Shown: positions 1-11,897 of the stretch, piece after piece
Layout: every line of letters starts with the position of its first letter
Numbering within the stretch: the stretch's first letter is position 1
Source: Narcine bancroftii
Lineage: Eukaryota
NCBI RefSeq assembly: GCF_036971445.1
Contig: NC_091472.1
Location: forward strand, 11,966,001-12,030,000
Length of the DNA stretch: 64,000 nucleotides
Direction: 5' to 3'
Notes under the pieces: model-generated
Database searches by the model: none
The model's input: only the letters and a program-made list of their open reading frames with translations
Told to the model about the DNA's origin: nothing
Program-made: the position numbers and the translations under genes

Positions 1-390
1 TCAACTTCTCCAGTTTCCATTAAACCCCCGCCCCCTTCTCCCTGTCACCTTTTCCCCAGATGTCTGTCTGCCTCTCTGTCTCTCTCTTCCCTTTTTCTTC
101 CATCTCCTTTCACAGAGCCAAAATTAATTCTCACCTCTCCTCTTATCATATCCAATTAACACCTTTTGTTGGTCTGGACTCCTCTCCTTGCCAGTCTTCA
201 GTCTCTTTATTCTAATACCTTCCTTTTCTTTGTTTATTCCTTGAAGAAGGGCTCAGGCCTGAAATGTCAGTTTATTTACCTCATCTTTACCAATATCTTT
301 ACCTCCTATGGATGCTGCAAGACTGGCTGAGTTCTTCCAGCATTTCTGTGTGTTTTTACGACAATCACAGCATCTGCAGACTCTTGTGTT
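1..390 (+). mobile_element. Penelope-like element (PLE) 3' end / pseudo-LTR
   Basis: Pyrimidine-rich tail, then TTGAAGAAGGGCTCAGGCCTGAAATGTC and GATGCTGC...CTGAGTTCTTCCAGCATTTCTGTGTGTTTT. The same motif recurs at 6440-6870, 25030-25390 and 32470-32800, and the latter two are attached to GIY-YIG-like remnants. Confidence 0.65.
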
Positions 391-589
391 TCAATGCATT
401 CCGAGGACCCACTCCAGTCTGGGTAAAAAGCTTACCCCTAACATCTCCCCTAAACTTTCCTCCCCTCACCTTGTGCAGATGTCCTCTGGTGTTTGCTACT
501 CACACCCTCAGAAAAAGGTGCTTGCTGTCCATCTTATCGATGCCTCTCATATTTTTTAACTTCTATTAAGTTAACCTCTCATTCTTCTT

Positions 590-1493
590 CACTCTGGATA
601 ATGAAGAAGGTTTTCTAGGATTGCAGAGGGATTTGGGCTGCTTAGAAAAGTGGGCTGAAAAATGGCAGATGGAATTTAATGCTGATAAGTGTGAGGTGCT
701 TCATTTTGGTAAGAAGAATCAGAACAGGACATACGTGGTAAATGGGAGAGCATTGATGAATACAGAAGAGCAGAAAGATTTAGGAGTAACGGTACATCGT
801 TCCCTGAAGGTAGAAACTCACGTGAATAGGGTGGTGAAGAAGGCTTTTAGTATGCTGGCCTTTATCAATCATTGCATGGAATATAGGAGTTGGGAGGTGA
901 TGTTGAGATTGTATAAGACGTTGGTGCGGCCTCATTTGGAGTTCTGTGTGCAGTTCTGGTCGCCTAATTATAGGAAGGATATAAACAGAGTGGAGAGAGT
1001 GCAGAGAAGGTTTACCAGAATGTTGCCTGGGTTTAAGCATCTGGAGTATGGGGAGAGATTGGACAGATTGGGTCTTTATTCTTTGGAGCGTAGAAGGTTG
1101 AGAGGGGATTTGATAGAAGTATTTAAGATTATGAAAGGGATAGACAGAGTGGATGTGGATAGACTATTTCCGTTAAGAGGAGGAAAGATTAAAACAAGAG
1201 GACATGAGTTAAGAATTAAGGGGCAGAGGTTTAGAGGTAACATGAGGGGGAACTTCTTTACTCAGAGAGTGGTAGCTGTGTGGAATGATCTTCCGGGAGA
1301 AATAGTGGCGGCGGAGTCAATTGTATTATTTAAGAAAAGGTTGGACAGGTATATGGATGAGAGGAAGATGGAGGGTTATGGGCATTGTGCAGGGAGGTGG
1401 GATTAGAAAGGGGTGTTTGGTTCGGTGCGGACTAGAAGGGCCTAATGGCCTGTTTCCGTGCTGTAATTGTTATGTTATGTTATGTTATGTTAT
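590..1493 (+). mobile_element. Young 5'-truncated CR1 LINE (ORF2 C-terminus intact), nested in an older antisense CR1
   Basis: Uninterrupted ORF 621-1406 with CR1 RT C-terminal motifs (WQMEFNADKCEVLHFG, LVRPHLEFCVQFWSP, LERRRLRGDLIEVFKI) and a (TGTTA)n tail at about 1468-1493. Minus-strand CR1 debris flanks it (395-590 and 1495-1530). Confidence 0.9.
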
Positions 1494-1821
1494 GCTTGCC
1501 TTATACTATATGATCTCCAATCCAGGCATCATCCTGTACCCATACCAAGATGCAGTGAGAACACTTGTTTTGCAAGCTGTCCAGCTTGTCAAGTCAGTTA
1601 TAGTTCAGCTTGTAAAATACTCTACAAAAGTGCAGAGTTACAGAGAGAGATCAGTTGGTACAGTGCAAAAACAGCATAATTTTGCTATTTACTATCAGTG
1701 TCTGATGATGGTGGGAAAGACACTGTCATTAATCTGACAGTGAACCTATTTCCCAATGAGAGGGGGAGTGAAGAGAAGATTGCCAGGGTGGAGTGAGTCT
1801 TAATAGATTTAATTTATTTTT

Positions 1822-2005
1822 TAAAATTTAGACATATCGCACAGTAACAGTCCCTTTTGGCCAATGAGCCCATGTCTCCCTATTACATCCAATTTACCTA
1901 CAACTCTGGAACATTTTGAGCAGTGGAAGGAAACCAGAGCACCCAGAGGAAACCCATGGAGAAATGGGGAGAACGTATAAGTTCCTTACAGACAGCGCCG
2001 GATTC
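1822..2005 (-). mobile_element. V-SINE (HE1-like) partial
   Basis: Reverse complement contains the V-domain core TGGGTTTCCTCTGGGTGCTCTGGTTTCCTTCCAC and a CR1-like 3' tail. Confidence 0.75.
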
Positions 2006-2158
2006 ATTGGCTGCTTTTCTAAGGCAGCAGGCAGTGTTGATGGGGTCAGTGAATGGGAGGGGGATTTTTGAGTTGGTCTGAGCTGCCTTCTCAACTCAGA
2101 AGTAAAAGTTTAAAGTGTAAGCTAATTCTCAATGAAAATTAAGATATATATGTATACA

Positions 2159-4197
2159 TAGTGCCCTCCATAATGTTTGGGACAGAGACTTTTTTCTTTC
2201 ATTTTCCCCTGTGCTCCACAGTTTTAAATTTGTTATCAAACAATTCACATGTAATTAAAGCACACATTCCGGACTTTATTCAAGGGTATTTGTTTACACT
2301 TTGGTTTAACCATGTAGAAATTACAGAACATTTTATACATAGTCCCATCATTTCATATATAACCATATACAGCACAGAACAGGCCAGTTTGGCCCTACTA
2401 GTCCATGCCGGAACAAATCCCCACCCTCCTTGTCCCACTGACCAGCACCTGGTCCATACCCCTCCAATCCTCTCCCCTCCATGTAATTATCCTGTCTTTC
2501 CTTAAATGTAAATAACGTCCTTGCTTCAACCATCTCTGCCGGAGGCTTATTTCACCTCCCAACCACCCTTTGCGTGAAGAAATTTCCCCTCATGTTCCCC
2601 TTATAATTTTCCCCCTTCAATCTCAAACATGTGACTACAGCCTGGGAGGGCTAAAATTACCTGATTTAAAGAAATATTATCTAGCAGCCCAGTCAAGGTT
2701 CCTCACATCCTTCTTTGGAGAGAGACACCCACCGAGTGAAAATGGGATGCAATGGGGGGGATGAGACGGTGAAGCCAAATACAAATGGGACCCCAAATCA
2801 AAAACAAAAAAATGGGCAATCCCATACTGAAACACATGATCAAAATTTGGTACAAAATTATTGAAAGCATGAAGACAAACGTGGAAATATCACCTAACAC
2901 ACCACTAATTGATGAATTGATGCCCATAAACAGGGGCAACAAAATCTTGGAAAACTGGCACTGACAGGGGATCCAATATATTAAAGGCTGCTACAAAGGG
3001 AGACAACTTGTGTCCTTTGAGCAGCTGAGGGGCAAATACGATTTGTCTTTTTTTTTGAAGACTTTATTTAAAATTTTATAACATGAATACAATAGAGAAT
3101 TACATTTAAAGAAAAATAAAAAAAAATTAAAATAGTATGATTACAATATTACATCAGAAAACTACACAAAATAACCCCAAATACGATTTGTCTTATGGAA
3201 CCTTTCACTATTTCCTCCAATTAAGATCATTCCTGAGGGACAGGTGGGGCCCTGCAATGACCCCGCCTGCGCCTCGTGAGGTCAAGAGGTTGCTTCAACA
3301 GGGAAATGCACCTAAATTCATATCAAGTTATATAGATGAATGGAAAGATGGGAGTCAGACCTTGGCATCACAATTGACTGGTGCAAGGACAGTGTCACAA
3401 CAATTATTAACTCTAGATAGAGAATAATTCAGTACAATTTTTTGCGCCAGCTTACCTCACACCCCAAAAAATTCACGAAACAAAACCAGAGGAGCCAGAA
3501 ACATGCTTCAGATGTGGAGTGGAGCACAGAATATTTCTTCATGCAACCTGGTCCTGCATAAAGGTAGCCCCATTCTGGCAAGATTTGGCCAAGACACTAG
3601 CCAAAATAACGAAGGTAACCTTCCCCCTGGACCAAACATTATATCTGCTTGGGAATCTTATGGATATAGTCTACAAATTGACCAAATTCTAACGGCTGTC
3701 GCCATTCCCCAACAAAAAGGTTAAGAACTGCTAACAGATAGTTTAAGAAAAAGTGTTGACACAGGGGGATGCCCTATGGTCTCCATGGACACATGGGAAG
3801 TGCTGACGCCACATTCAACCTCCTTTTCTAACGTTTCTGTTTTATATCATGTCTATCTTTTTTTTCTTGGGGAAGAGTTGGGGGGTGGGAATGGGGGAGG
3901 GAGAGACATCATATATAAATAAATCACTGGATAAAAATGACATGGTCTGTAACAACCAATGATGTTTAAGATTGAAAAATCTTGAAAAAAATATTAAAAA
4001 AAACGAGGGGTGCTATGTATAAAAAGCACTGTAATTTCTACATGTTCGAACCAAAATATATACAAATATCCTTGAATAAAATCTGAAATGTGAACTTTAA
4101 TTACTTGTGAATTGTTTGATTACAAATTTAAAACTGTGGAGCACAGGGACAAAAGAAAGGAAAAAAAATTATGTGTCAAACATTATGGAGGGCCCTG
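2159..4197. mobile_element. Tc1/mariner relic defined by about 190-bp terminal inverted repeats; interior filled with CR1 and L1 fragments
   Basis: 2159-2346 (tagtgccctccataatgtttg...) is the reverse complement of about 4007-4197 (...caaacattatggagggccctg, followed by TA). No transposase is seen inside. Confidence 0.8.
2625..4003 (+). mobile_element. Decayed L1-clade LINE, ORF2 3' part and tail
   Basis: GGLKLPDLKKYYLAAQ motif, frameshifted C-terminal Cys/His region and A-rich end. A short antisense L1 tail at about 3050-3177 is flanked by a 17-bp duplication CAAATACGATTTGTCTT. Confidence 0.7.
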
Positions 4198-4599
4198 TAC
4201 ACATTGCATCAATGAAGAACGGTAAAATGATGGGAGAACCAGAGCATGTGATATATTATAGCCCTCCAACATCAAAATTTTACTTAATATCAGTTATTAT
4301 TAAGTAGAAAGATATTTGACAATTTTGGAAGCAGATAAGTAGAGAGTTGTTGGTAATGTTTAGAAGCTTATATATTATGCATACCATGGATCGGAAAATG
4401 GCCTACTGCAGCACCACCTGTGGCATGATGTTATAATTACAGCAGGATTAAGTACATAAACAATTTTAACTGAGCAAGTTAGGTGTTGTTCCTCCAATTT
4501 ACGGGTGGTCTCAGTCTAGCAAAACAACCCCTCATCTACCATCTGGCACCGTCCAACCAGATGGCATTAACATGGACTTCTCCATTTTCCATTTAGAAA

Positions 4600-6440
4600 A
4601 CCACCCATGCAAGATCCCAGTGTAACAGTGTCTCTGGATGCCGAAAAGGCCTTTGATAAATTGGAATGGCCATATCTATTTAACATAATGGAAAAATTTG
4701 GGCTGGAACAAACATATATTAATTGGATAAAAACCCTATATTCTAAACCACAAGCAAGGATCAAAAAAAATGGCCAAATTTCGTCGATATTCCCCTTAAG
4801 TAGGTCTAGCAGACAGGGTTGTCCACTCTCTCCAGGGCTGTTTGTATAATCTATTGAATTATTAGCAGAATATATTAGGAGGGATCGACACATAAAGGGA
4901 TTCAAAATGGGTCAAGTTGAACATAAAATAAATCTACTTGCAGACAATGGGCTATTATTCTTGATAGTGTAGCAGCTACTTCAGTAGCTTACACACACAC
5001 CAGGTTAGTCAACACAAGACTGTTTTTAGACTTTACAGGCTTCTTTTATATACCTCATGTCCCGGGCTCCACGGGACGGGGTGGGACATCATTATGAGCT
5101 TGCTGCTGATCCAAGGGACTGCCAGGTTTAAATTAAGCCCTGTGAGCATCCCGCGCCTTCCAGCAGGAGACTCCATAAACCAATGTGCCGTTACTCAGCG
5201 CGCAGCACCATGCGCGTGTGGTCCATTAAATGGTGAGTACCCAGCTGTCTTATGGCTCCACGCGCCTGCCGAAGAACCGTGCCAGCGACGGTTTGTAATA
5301 CCGTGCTTGTGTGCCTTCTCGGCCCGCTACAAGGCCGCTACACCAGAACTATTTGAATCATTGCCCAAATTGCAGGCCACCCTGGAAGATTGCTCTGGAT
5401 ATAAGGTAATTTTGAGAAAAGTAGGATTAAGCCCCTGAATGATTTTGACTATGATAAATATAAACAGAGGAGCCATTCAAGTGGCAATCAGGTAGTTTTA
5501 AATGTCTAGAGATAACAACAGATAGAGATTTGGGAAACTTATACAAACTCAACTATACCCCTATCCTTGAAAAGATCAAAGATGACCGCAGTCAGACTTG
5601 GAAACAATGACTGATGAAGAGTGATTGTCAGATCTATGTGATCAATGGCAAACTAAGATTGGTTCAATATAATTTCTTACACCAATTATATCTCACACCA
5701 CAAAAATTACACAAAGAAAAATCAGAGATATCGGAAATGTGCCTCAGGTGTAAGCTAGAAATTGATACCTTTATGCACTCCACATGGATCTGCGTGAAGG
5801 TGAGACCCTTTTACTTGGAATTATCTAATATATTTAACTAGGATTACGGGAACAGACTTCCCACTGGGTCTGGACCTGTATTTATTGGAAAACCTGGAGG
5901 ACGTGGGCGGAACATTAACTAAATTACAAATTAAATTTGTAGATATTGCTCTGTCAGTAGCAAAAAAAAGGCATTGCGATCACTGGAAAGTCTGACTCCC
6001 CCTGCTCATCACTCCATGCGTGCCATGGAGAAAATAACGTATAATTTAAGAAACAAGTACAATACTTTTGCCAAAATATGGCAACCTTATCTACAGCACT
6101 TTGGTGCACAGCTGTAAGAACAGACCACAGTTTGAAAAAGCTAACAAAATGCATAAAGACAACAGCAGTGAAACACCTCAAGGAGTGGAAGTAGATTAGA
6201 AAGACTGGCGATATGCTCAAATTTTCTTTTCTTTTTACCTTTTTTTCTGTTTGCTACTTTAATTGCTTTAGTTGTTAAATTTTCAAAGTTTTGATGGAGG
6301 GAAAGAAATTGTAAGTCAGCTGAAATAGTGTTTGTATATGAGAAGTGAAGTATACTAAAAGAAATTGTAAACACGTTAAAAAAATTGTTTTTTCAGATGT
6401 GGTACTATGTTTTTGGAAAAATTGAAAAATAAAATTATAA
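4600..6440 (+). mobile_element. Decayed L1-clade LINE (RT and C-terminal domain)
   Basis: VSLDAEKAFDKLEWPYLF and SSRQGCPLSPGLFV (4607-4849); YNFLHQLYLTPQKLH...C..C...HSTW.C (5614-5841); A-rich tail near 6430. Confidence 0.85.
4968..5342 (-). mobile_element. Solo LTR (Gypsy-like) inserted in L1
   Basis: TGTAGCAGC...GCCGCTACA inverted termini (TG..CA), a TATA-like motif on the minus strand at about 5045-5053, and a CpG-rich block interrupting the L1 RT. No clean TSD. Confidence 0.65.
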
Positions 6441-6872
6441 AAAAACCACCCACACCTTCTTCCCTCTAGTTCTGTCTGACCATCTCTCTGTCTCTCTCTT
6501 CCCTTTGTCTCCTTTCACAGAACCAAAATCAATTTCCTTTTTATCATATCAAATTAACACCTTTTGGCTGTTGTTCTGGACTCCCCCCCTTCCATTTCTT
6601 CCACCTTAATCTCATGACCAATCAAGACTCCTGTCTGCTTTTTGCTTATACCTTGAAGAAGGGCTCAGACCTGAAATGTTGTTAATATATCTTTACCTGT
6701 GAAAAAAGGGGAGAAAATGCCACTGTGTATATTTAAGAGGGAAATGTTTGTATGTATTTTGATTGATATGGTTCACAGTGTGAAATATTTAAAAAATTAA
6801 ATTAAAAAAATCTTTACCTGTTATGGATGCTGTGAGACCGACTAAGTTCCTCCAGCATTTCTGTGTGTTTTA
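6440..6872 (+). mobile_element. Penelope-like terminal repeat interrupted by a short L1 tail
   Basis: Same motif set as 1-390. Insert 6701-6809 is flanked by a 12-bp TSD ATCTTTACCTGT (6689-6700 and 6810-6821). Confidence 0.65.
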
Positions 6873-7171
6873 CAGAGATAGAGAAAGAAGGCTAGAACTG
6901 CCAGCTCGGGCAACCAAAGACAAAATGACCACAATGATAAAGTTATTGTAACCAGGTTCCCCTAATTAGAACTGAATAACTTGGATTAAATATATTTTTT
7001 TACCTTTTTTCTTTGCAGAGATTGATGTGCTTGAAATGCATGAGAATCAAAGGGTATGAGGAGAGAGTGGTAAAAGTAGTGGTGTTGTCAAAATTAGATC
7101 AGCCAAAATCTTATTGAAGGCTCAAGGGGAAAACTGGCCTGCTCCTGCTCCTGTTCTTATATTATTCTTTT

Positions 7172-7465
7172 CTTTTCTTTGGCTTGGCTTCGCGGACGAA
7201 GATTTATGGAGGGGGTAAAAAGTCCACGTCAGCTGCAGGCTCGTTTGTGGCTGACCAGTCCGATGCGGGACAGGCAGACACGATTGCAGCGGTTGCAAGG
7301 GAAAATTGGTTGGTTGGGGTTGGGTGTTGGGTTTTTCCTCCTTTGCCTTTTGTCAGTGAGGTGGGCTCTGCGGTCTTCTTCAAAGGAGGCTGCTGCCCGC
7401 CAAACTGTGAGGCGCCAAGATGCACGGTTTGAGGCGTTATCAGCCCACTGGCGGTGGTCAATGTG
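7172..7465 (-). mobile_element. RTE-clade LINE, 5'-truncated 3' end
   Basis: Near-identical to 11898-12610, 56898-57523 and 58761-58926; ends PCNRCNRVCLSRIGLVSHKRACS* with a short 3' UTR and AAG-rich tail. Confidence 0.85.
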
Positions 7466-7879
7466 TCTTTTTTAATGACCAGGAGATCCAGAAGTTGATC
7501 CTTCTGTCTAGATAGGGCTACAGTCTGAACTGCCTCTCTTCGCAATATACATGAATGTGTTGAATTCTCCTCACAGTGGATACTTAAAAGAATTATCAGA
7601 GGGCTGTAGATCTTGAGGATGTTTCAAGACAAGGAGTGGAGTAAGACCACAGACAGATTTGAACACAAGAGTGAGAATTTTAACTTTGGGGTTTGTTGAA
7701 GCCAACAGGATTGTGAGCACATGGCTAATGGGAAAAGGGATCATTGGGAGTTAGGACTTGGGGTGTACCATCAGAATTTATTGTCATGAACATGTCACAA
7801 AATTCATTGATTTGTGGCAGCATTACAAGTTGCTATAAATTATTGCTATAAATTACCAGTTCATTTACAAATAAAAATA

Positions 7880-10620
7880 TTAGTGCAAAAAGAAAAAGTG
7901 AAGTAGCATCTGTGGTTCATTGTCCTTTCAAAAATCTGATGGCAGAGAGTTTTTATACTGCTGGGCGTTCCTCTTTAGGCTCCTGTACCTCCTTACTGAT
8001 GGTAGCAGCATGAAGAGGGCATGGTCTGGGTGGTGAGGGTCTTTGAGGACAGAGACTTCTTTCTCAAGACACTGCCTCTTGTAGATGTAATTGATGGAGT
8101 GAAGACTGGTCCCCCTGCAGTCTTTTTCTGTCCTGTGCATTGGTACCTCCATACCAGACAATGATGCAAACAACCAGAATGTTCTCAACAGTATACCTAC
8201 AGAAATTTGCAAGTCTTTGGAGACAAACCAATCTCTTCAAACTCCTCTCGAAGTATAACCACTGGCGAGCCTTGCATCCGACAGAGAGGCCCCAGGACAG
8301 TTATCCAGAGATGATGAGACCCAGTCATTTGAAGTTCTTAATCCTTTCCACTGCTGACTCCTTTTTTTTTTTTTTGTTCAAACATTATGACTTTATTTTT
8401 TTTAATTATATGTTATACATTTATTCATTTCCATGTACCATTGCTGTACTCTCAGGCTCTCTTCCATTTTCCAAGTTGACATTATACATTTTTTTGCTAC
8501 TGCTAAGGCTATCATAATGAATTTTTTTTGAGCTTTGTCCAATTTAAGGCCTATATCTTTACTTCTTATGTTATTTAAAAGAAATATCTCTGGTTTTTTT
8601 GGTATGCTATTTTTTATAATTTTATTTAGTATCTGATTTAGTTCTTTCCAAAACATATTCACCTTCGCACACGTCCAAGTTGCATGTATTGTTGTTCCCA
8701 TTTTCTTCTCACAGCAAAAACATCTATCTGATAATGTTGGATCGCATTTTTTTAATTTTTGAGGACTGATACATAACCTGTGTAACCAATTATACTACAT
8801 CATGCGTAACCTTGTGTTTATTGTATTCTTCATAGTTCCAGAACATAACTTTTCCCATACTTCATTTTTTATCTTTATGTTTAAATCCTTTTCCCACTTT
8901 TGTTTAGGTTTATAGCTTATTTCATCATGTTCCTTATCTTGCATCTTTTTTTTTTAATTTTTTATTTTTCACACCATAAATCACAATAGCCATGATACAC
9001 ACTTTTTCTTTTCCACACATTTACAGTGACTTTTTCTCCCTCCCCCCTCCCTCCTCCCAAGCCACCCCCCCACCCCCCCCCCTCTCATCCATTTTAGGTA
9101 TACAATCTAGGTTGCATTAATTCAGTTAGACAATGTTGTCATTCAACAAAAATACACCAGAAATTCTACTGAGTCCATTCTTTTCTTTTCTTCTCCTTCC
9201 ATCAACTTAGGTAATGTTTGTTCCACTGCTGACTCCTTGAGGAGAATTGATTCGAGTTCTCATGATTTCCCCCTCCTGAAGTCCACAATCAGTTCCTTGG
9301 TTTTGCTAAAGTTGAGAGCAAAGTTGTTGTGACACCACTCAAATAGCTCATGTCACTCCTGTACGCTTTTTCGTCGTTGTCTGTGATTCTGCCGATGACA
9401 GTGGTGTCATTGACAAATTAGAAGAGGCATTTGAATCGTGCCCAGCCACAAAGCCATGAGTGTAGAGCACGTAGAGCAGTGGGCTAAGCACGCATCCTTG
9501 AGGTGCACCTGTGTCGATTGTCAGTGAGGAGAAGATATTGTTTCCAATTCATTCGGACTGTGGTCATCCAATGAAGAAGTCAAGATCCAAGCAGAATGAG
9601 GTGCAGAGGTCCAGGTTTTGGTGCTTGTTGGCCAGTATTGAGGGAATGATAGTGTTGAAAGCTGAGCTGTCATTGATGAAGAGTACGTGTTGCTGTTGTC
9701 TAGGTGATCCAGAGCAGAGTGGAGAGCCAGTGAGATTTCATCTGTGGTGCAGCAATTATGGTTGTAAGTGAATTGCAGTGATCCAGATCTTTACTTAGGT
9801 ATGAGTTAATTCTGGCCTTAACCAACCTCTCAAAGTATTTAATCACAGTCGATGTGAGCGCTACTAAGCAATAATCACTGAAGCAGCTCAGTCTACTCTT
9901 CTTGGGCAGATTAATGATTAATGCCCTTTAGTAGCGGGTGGGAACCTCCGACTGCATCAATGAGCGATTGAAAATGTCCGTAAGCACTCCAGCTAGTTGG
10001 TTAGAACAGACTTTCAGTATTCTGCCAGGTATGCCATTAGGTCATGACGCCTTGCGAAGGTTCATCCTCTTGAAGGATGCTCTGATGTTGGCCTCAGAGA
10101 CAGATATCACAGGGTCATCAGCTTCTGCAGGGATTCACGTTGGTACTGTTCAGATCAGCTTTTCAAAGTGAACATAATAGGTGTTCAACTCATCGCGTGG
10201 TCACAGCCATTTATGGTGTTCAGCCTCACCTTATACAAGGTAATGGCTAGCAATCCCTGCCATAGCTGCTGAGTATCTAACTCTGTCTCTAGCGTCTCTT
10301 GGAATTGCCTCTTTACTGCTGAGATAGCCTTCCACAGGTCATACCTGGGCTTCCTGTAGAGATCTGGATCACTGGTTTTAAACACCAGCTTCCTTACCCT
10401 CAGCATGTTGTGAATCTTTTGATTCACCCATGACTTCAAGGCATGTGCATGTGGACACACACTCATCCACACAGGTCTTGATAAAGTGGGTGACAGCAGG
10501 TGGCATATTAATTCAAGTTTCAGGATGAGTCCTTGAATACAATCCAGTCCACCAATTCAAAGCAGTCCTGAAGGCGCTCCACCGTTTCCCTTGACCATAC
10601 TTCTCCACTGGTACTGTAGT
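7880..10620 (-). mobile_element. Decayed Rex1/Babar-like LINE, split by an L1 insertion at 8364-9220
   Basis: Fragments such as YRKPRYDLWKAISAVKRQF..DTQQLWQGL and KDPHHPDHALFMLLPSVRRYRSLK are typical of Rex1/Babar ORF2. Confidence 0.7.
8364..9220 (-). mobile_element. Composite L1 insertion (3' UTR piece plus ORF2 C-terminal piece, each with poly-A)
   Basis: 18-bp TSD TTCCACTGCTGACTCCTT at 8346-8363 and 9221-9238; ORF 8402-8701 has the L1 C-terminal HATWTC motif; poly-T tracts at 8362 and 8946. Confidence 0.8.
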
Positions 10621-11269
10621 AGAGTACTAGCTGAGTTAAGTTTGGTGGAAGATGGGAGGCAAACCAGCAGGTGGACTAATAGGTTAAGGGATCTTCTCAG
10701 TGCAACAACAATCCTTGATTTCAGGTGGGTTCAAGTGTAGAATTTGGGAGTGAGTTGAGGAAAACTTAGTGATATAGATAAGTGAAGCAGAAGATATAGC
10801 AGAAGCAATTGAACTCTTGGTTCAATCTTAATGATGAAGAAATTGAGTATTTCATATATTTATGTAGGGCCATGAGAGATATTAAGATTAAGCCAGAAAT
10901 TCTGTCTGCACCAAACATTCATAATCTATATTAATGATTTGACATCAGGGATAAATGTAAAATTACGTTTGTTGTTGACATGCAATGAATTGGGAATGTG
11001 AGTGGTAATGAGGATCCAAAGAAGCTTCAAAGGCATACCAATTAGATAAATGAATCAGCAAACATAAAAAGCAGATGGAGCATAAAGTGGAAAATGTGAC
11101 ATTATCTACTTTGGGACAAAAACAGTCACGTTAAGGATTTTCAAGTTGTGAGAATGGATTCCTTTGGCCCAACTTGTCCACGCTATGATGTTTATCTACT
11201 CTAATTCTATTTATTTGTGTTTGGTCAAGATCTCTAAATCTCGCTAAAAAAAATGTACATGTATTATCC

Positions 11270-11670
11270 AAATATAATTTAAGCAGAATGACTGTAAAAG
11301 CCTCTCCCCGCTCTTTTGGTAACTTGTAACATATGCACACTACCCAGTGTGAAAACAGGTCCCTCAGATCTTCTTTCAATTTCTCTTTCACCTTCAACCT
11401 ACATCTAAGTTTTACTTCGTGACTATCTACCCTATCTACGTTCTCTCAAACTTTTATAAAGGCTATCACTCAGCCTTCTGATCTCCAGAGAAACAAGACT
11501 CAGTCTATCCAATCTCTTCTTATAACTAAAACCCTCCAATTGAGGCAACATTCCGTGGGGAAAAAAATTCCTGTGAATCTTTTCTGCATCCTCACATCCT
11601 CCCTACAGAATGATGTCCAGACCTGCACACAATACTCCAATTGCAGCCTAACAAATTGATATCTTGTACC
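11270..11670 (-). mobile_element. Old CR1 fragment
   Basis: Frameshifted VRLQLEYCVQVW and related CR1 RT C-terminal motifs. Confidence 0.65.
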
Positions 11671-11897
11671 AAAATCACTCAGTTGCAACAGGCATTTAAG
11701 AAAGCCTTTTTTTAAACAAAAGGGTATCAGTATAAGAATAGAGATATCTTACTACAATTATAATAGGACTCTGGAAAGACCAAACTTGAAACACTGGTGG
11801 ACATGTCTGATATCCTTACCTGAAGAAAAATGGACCATGTCTACATTTAAGTTAATAATAATCTTGTTCAATGTTCAGTATTCAGTGCAACAACTAT

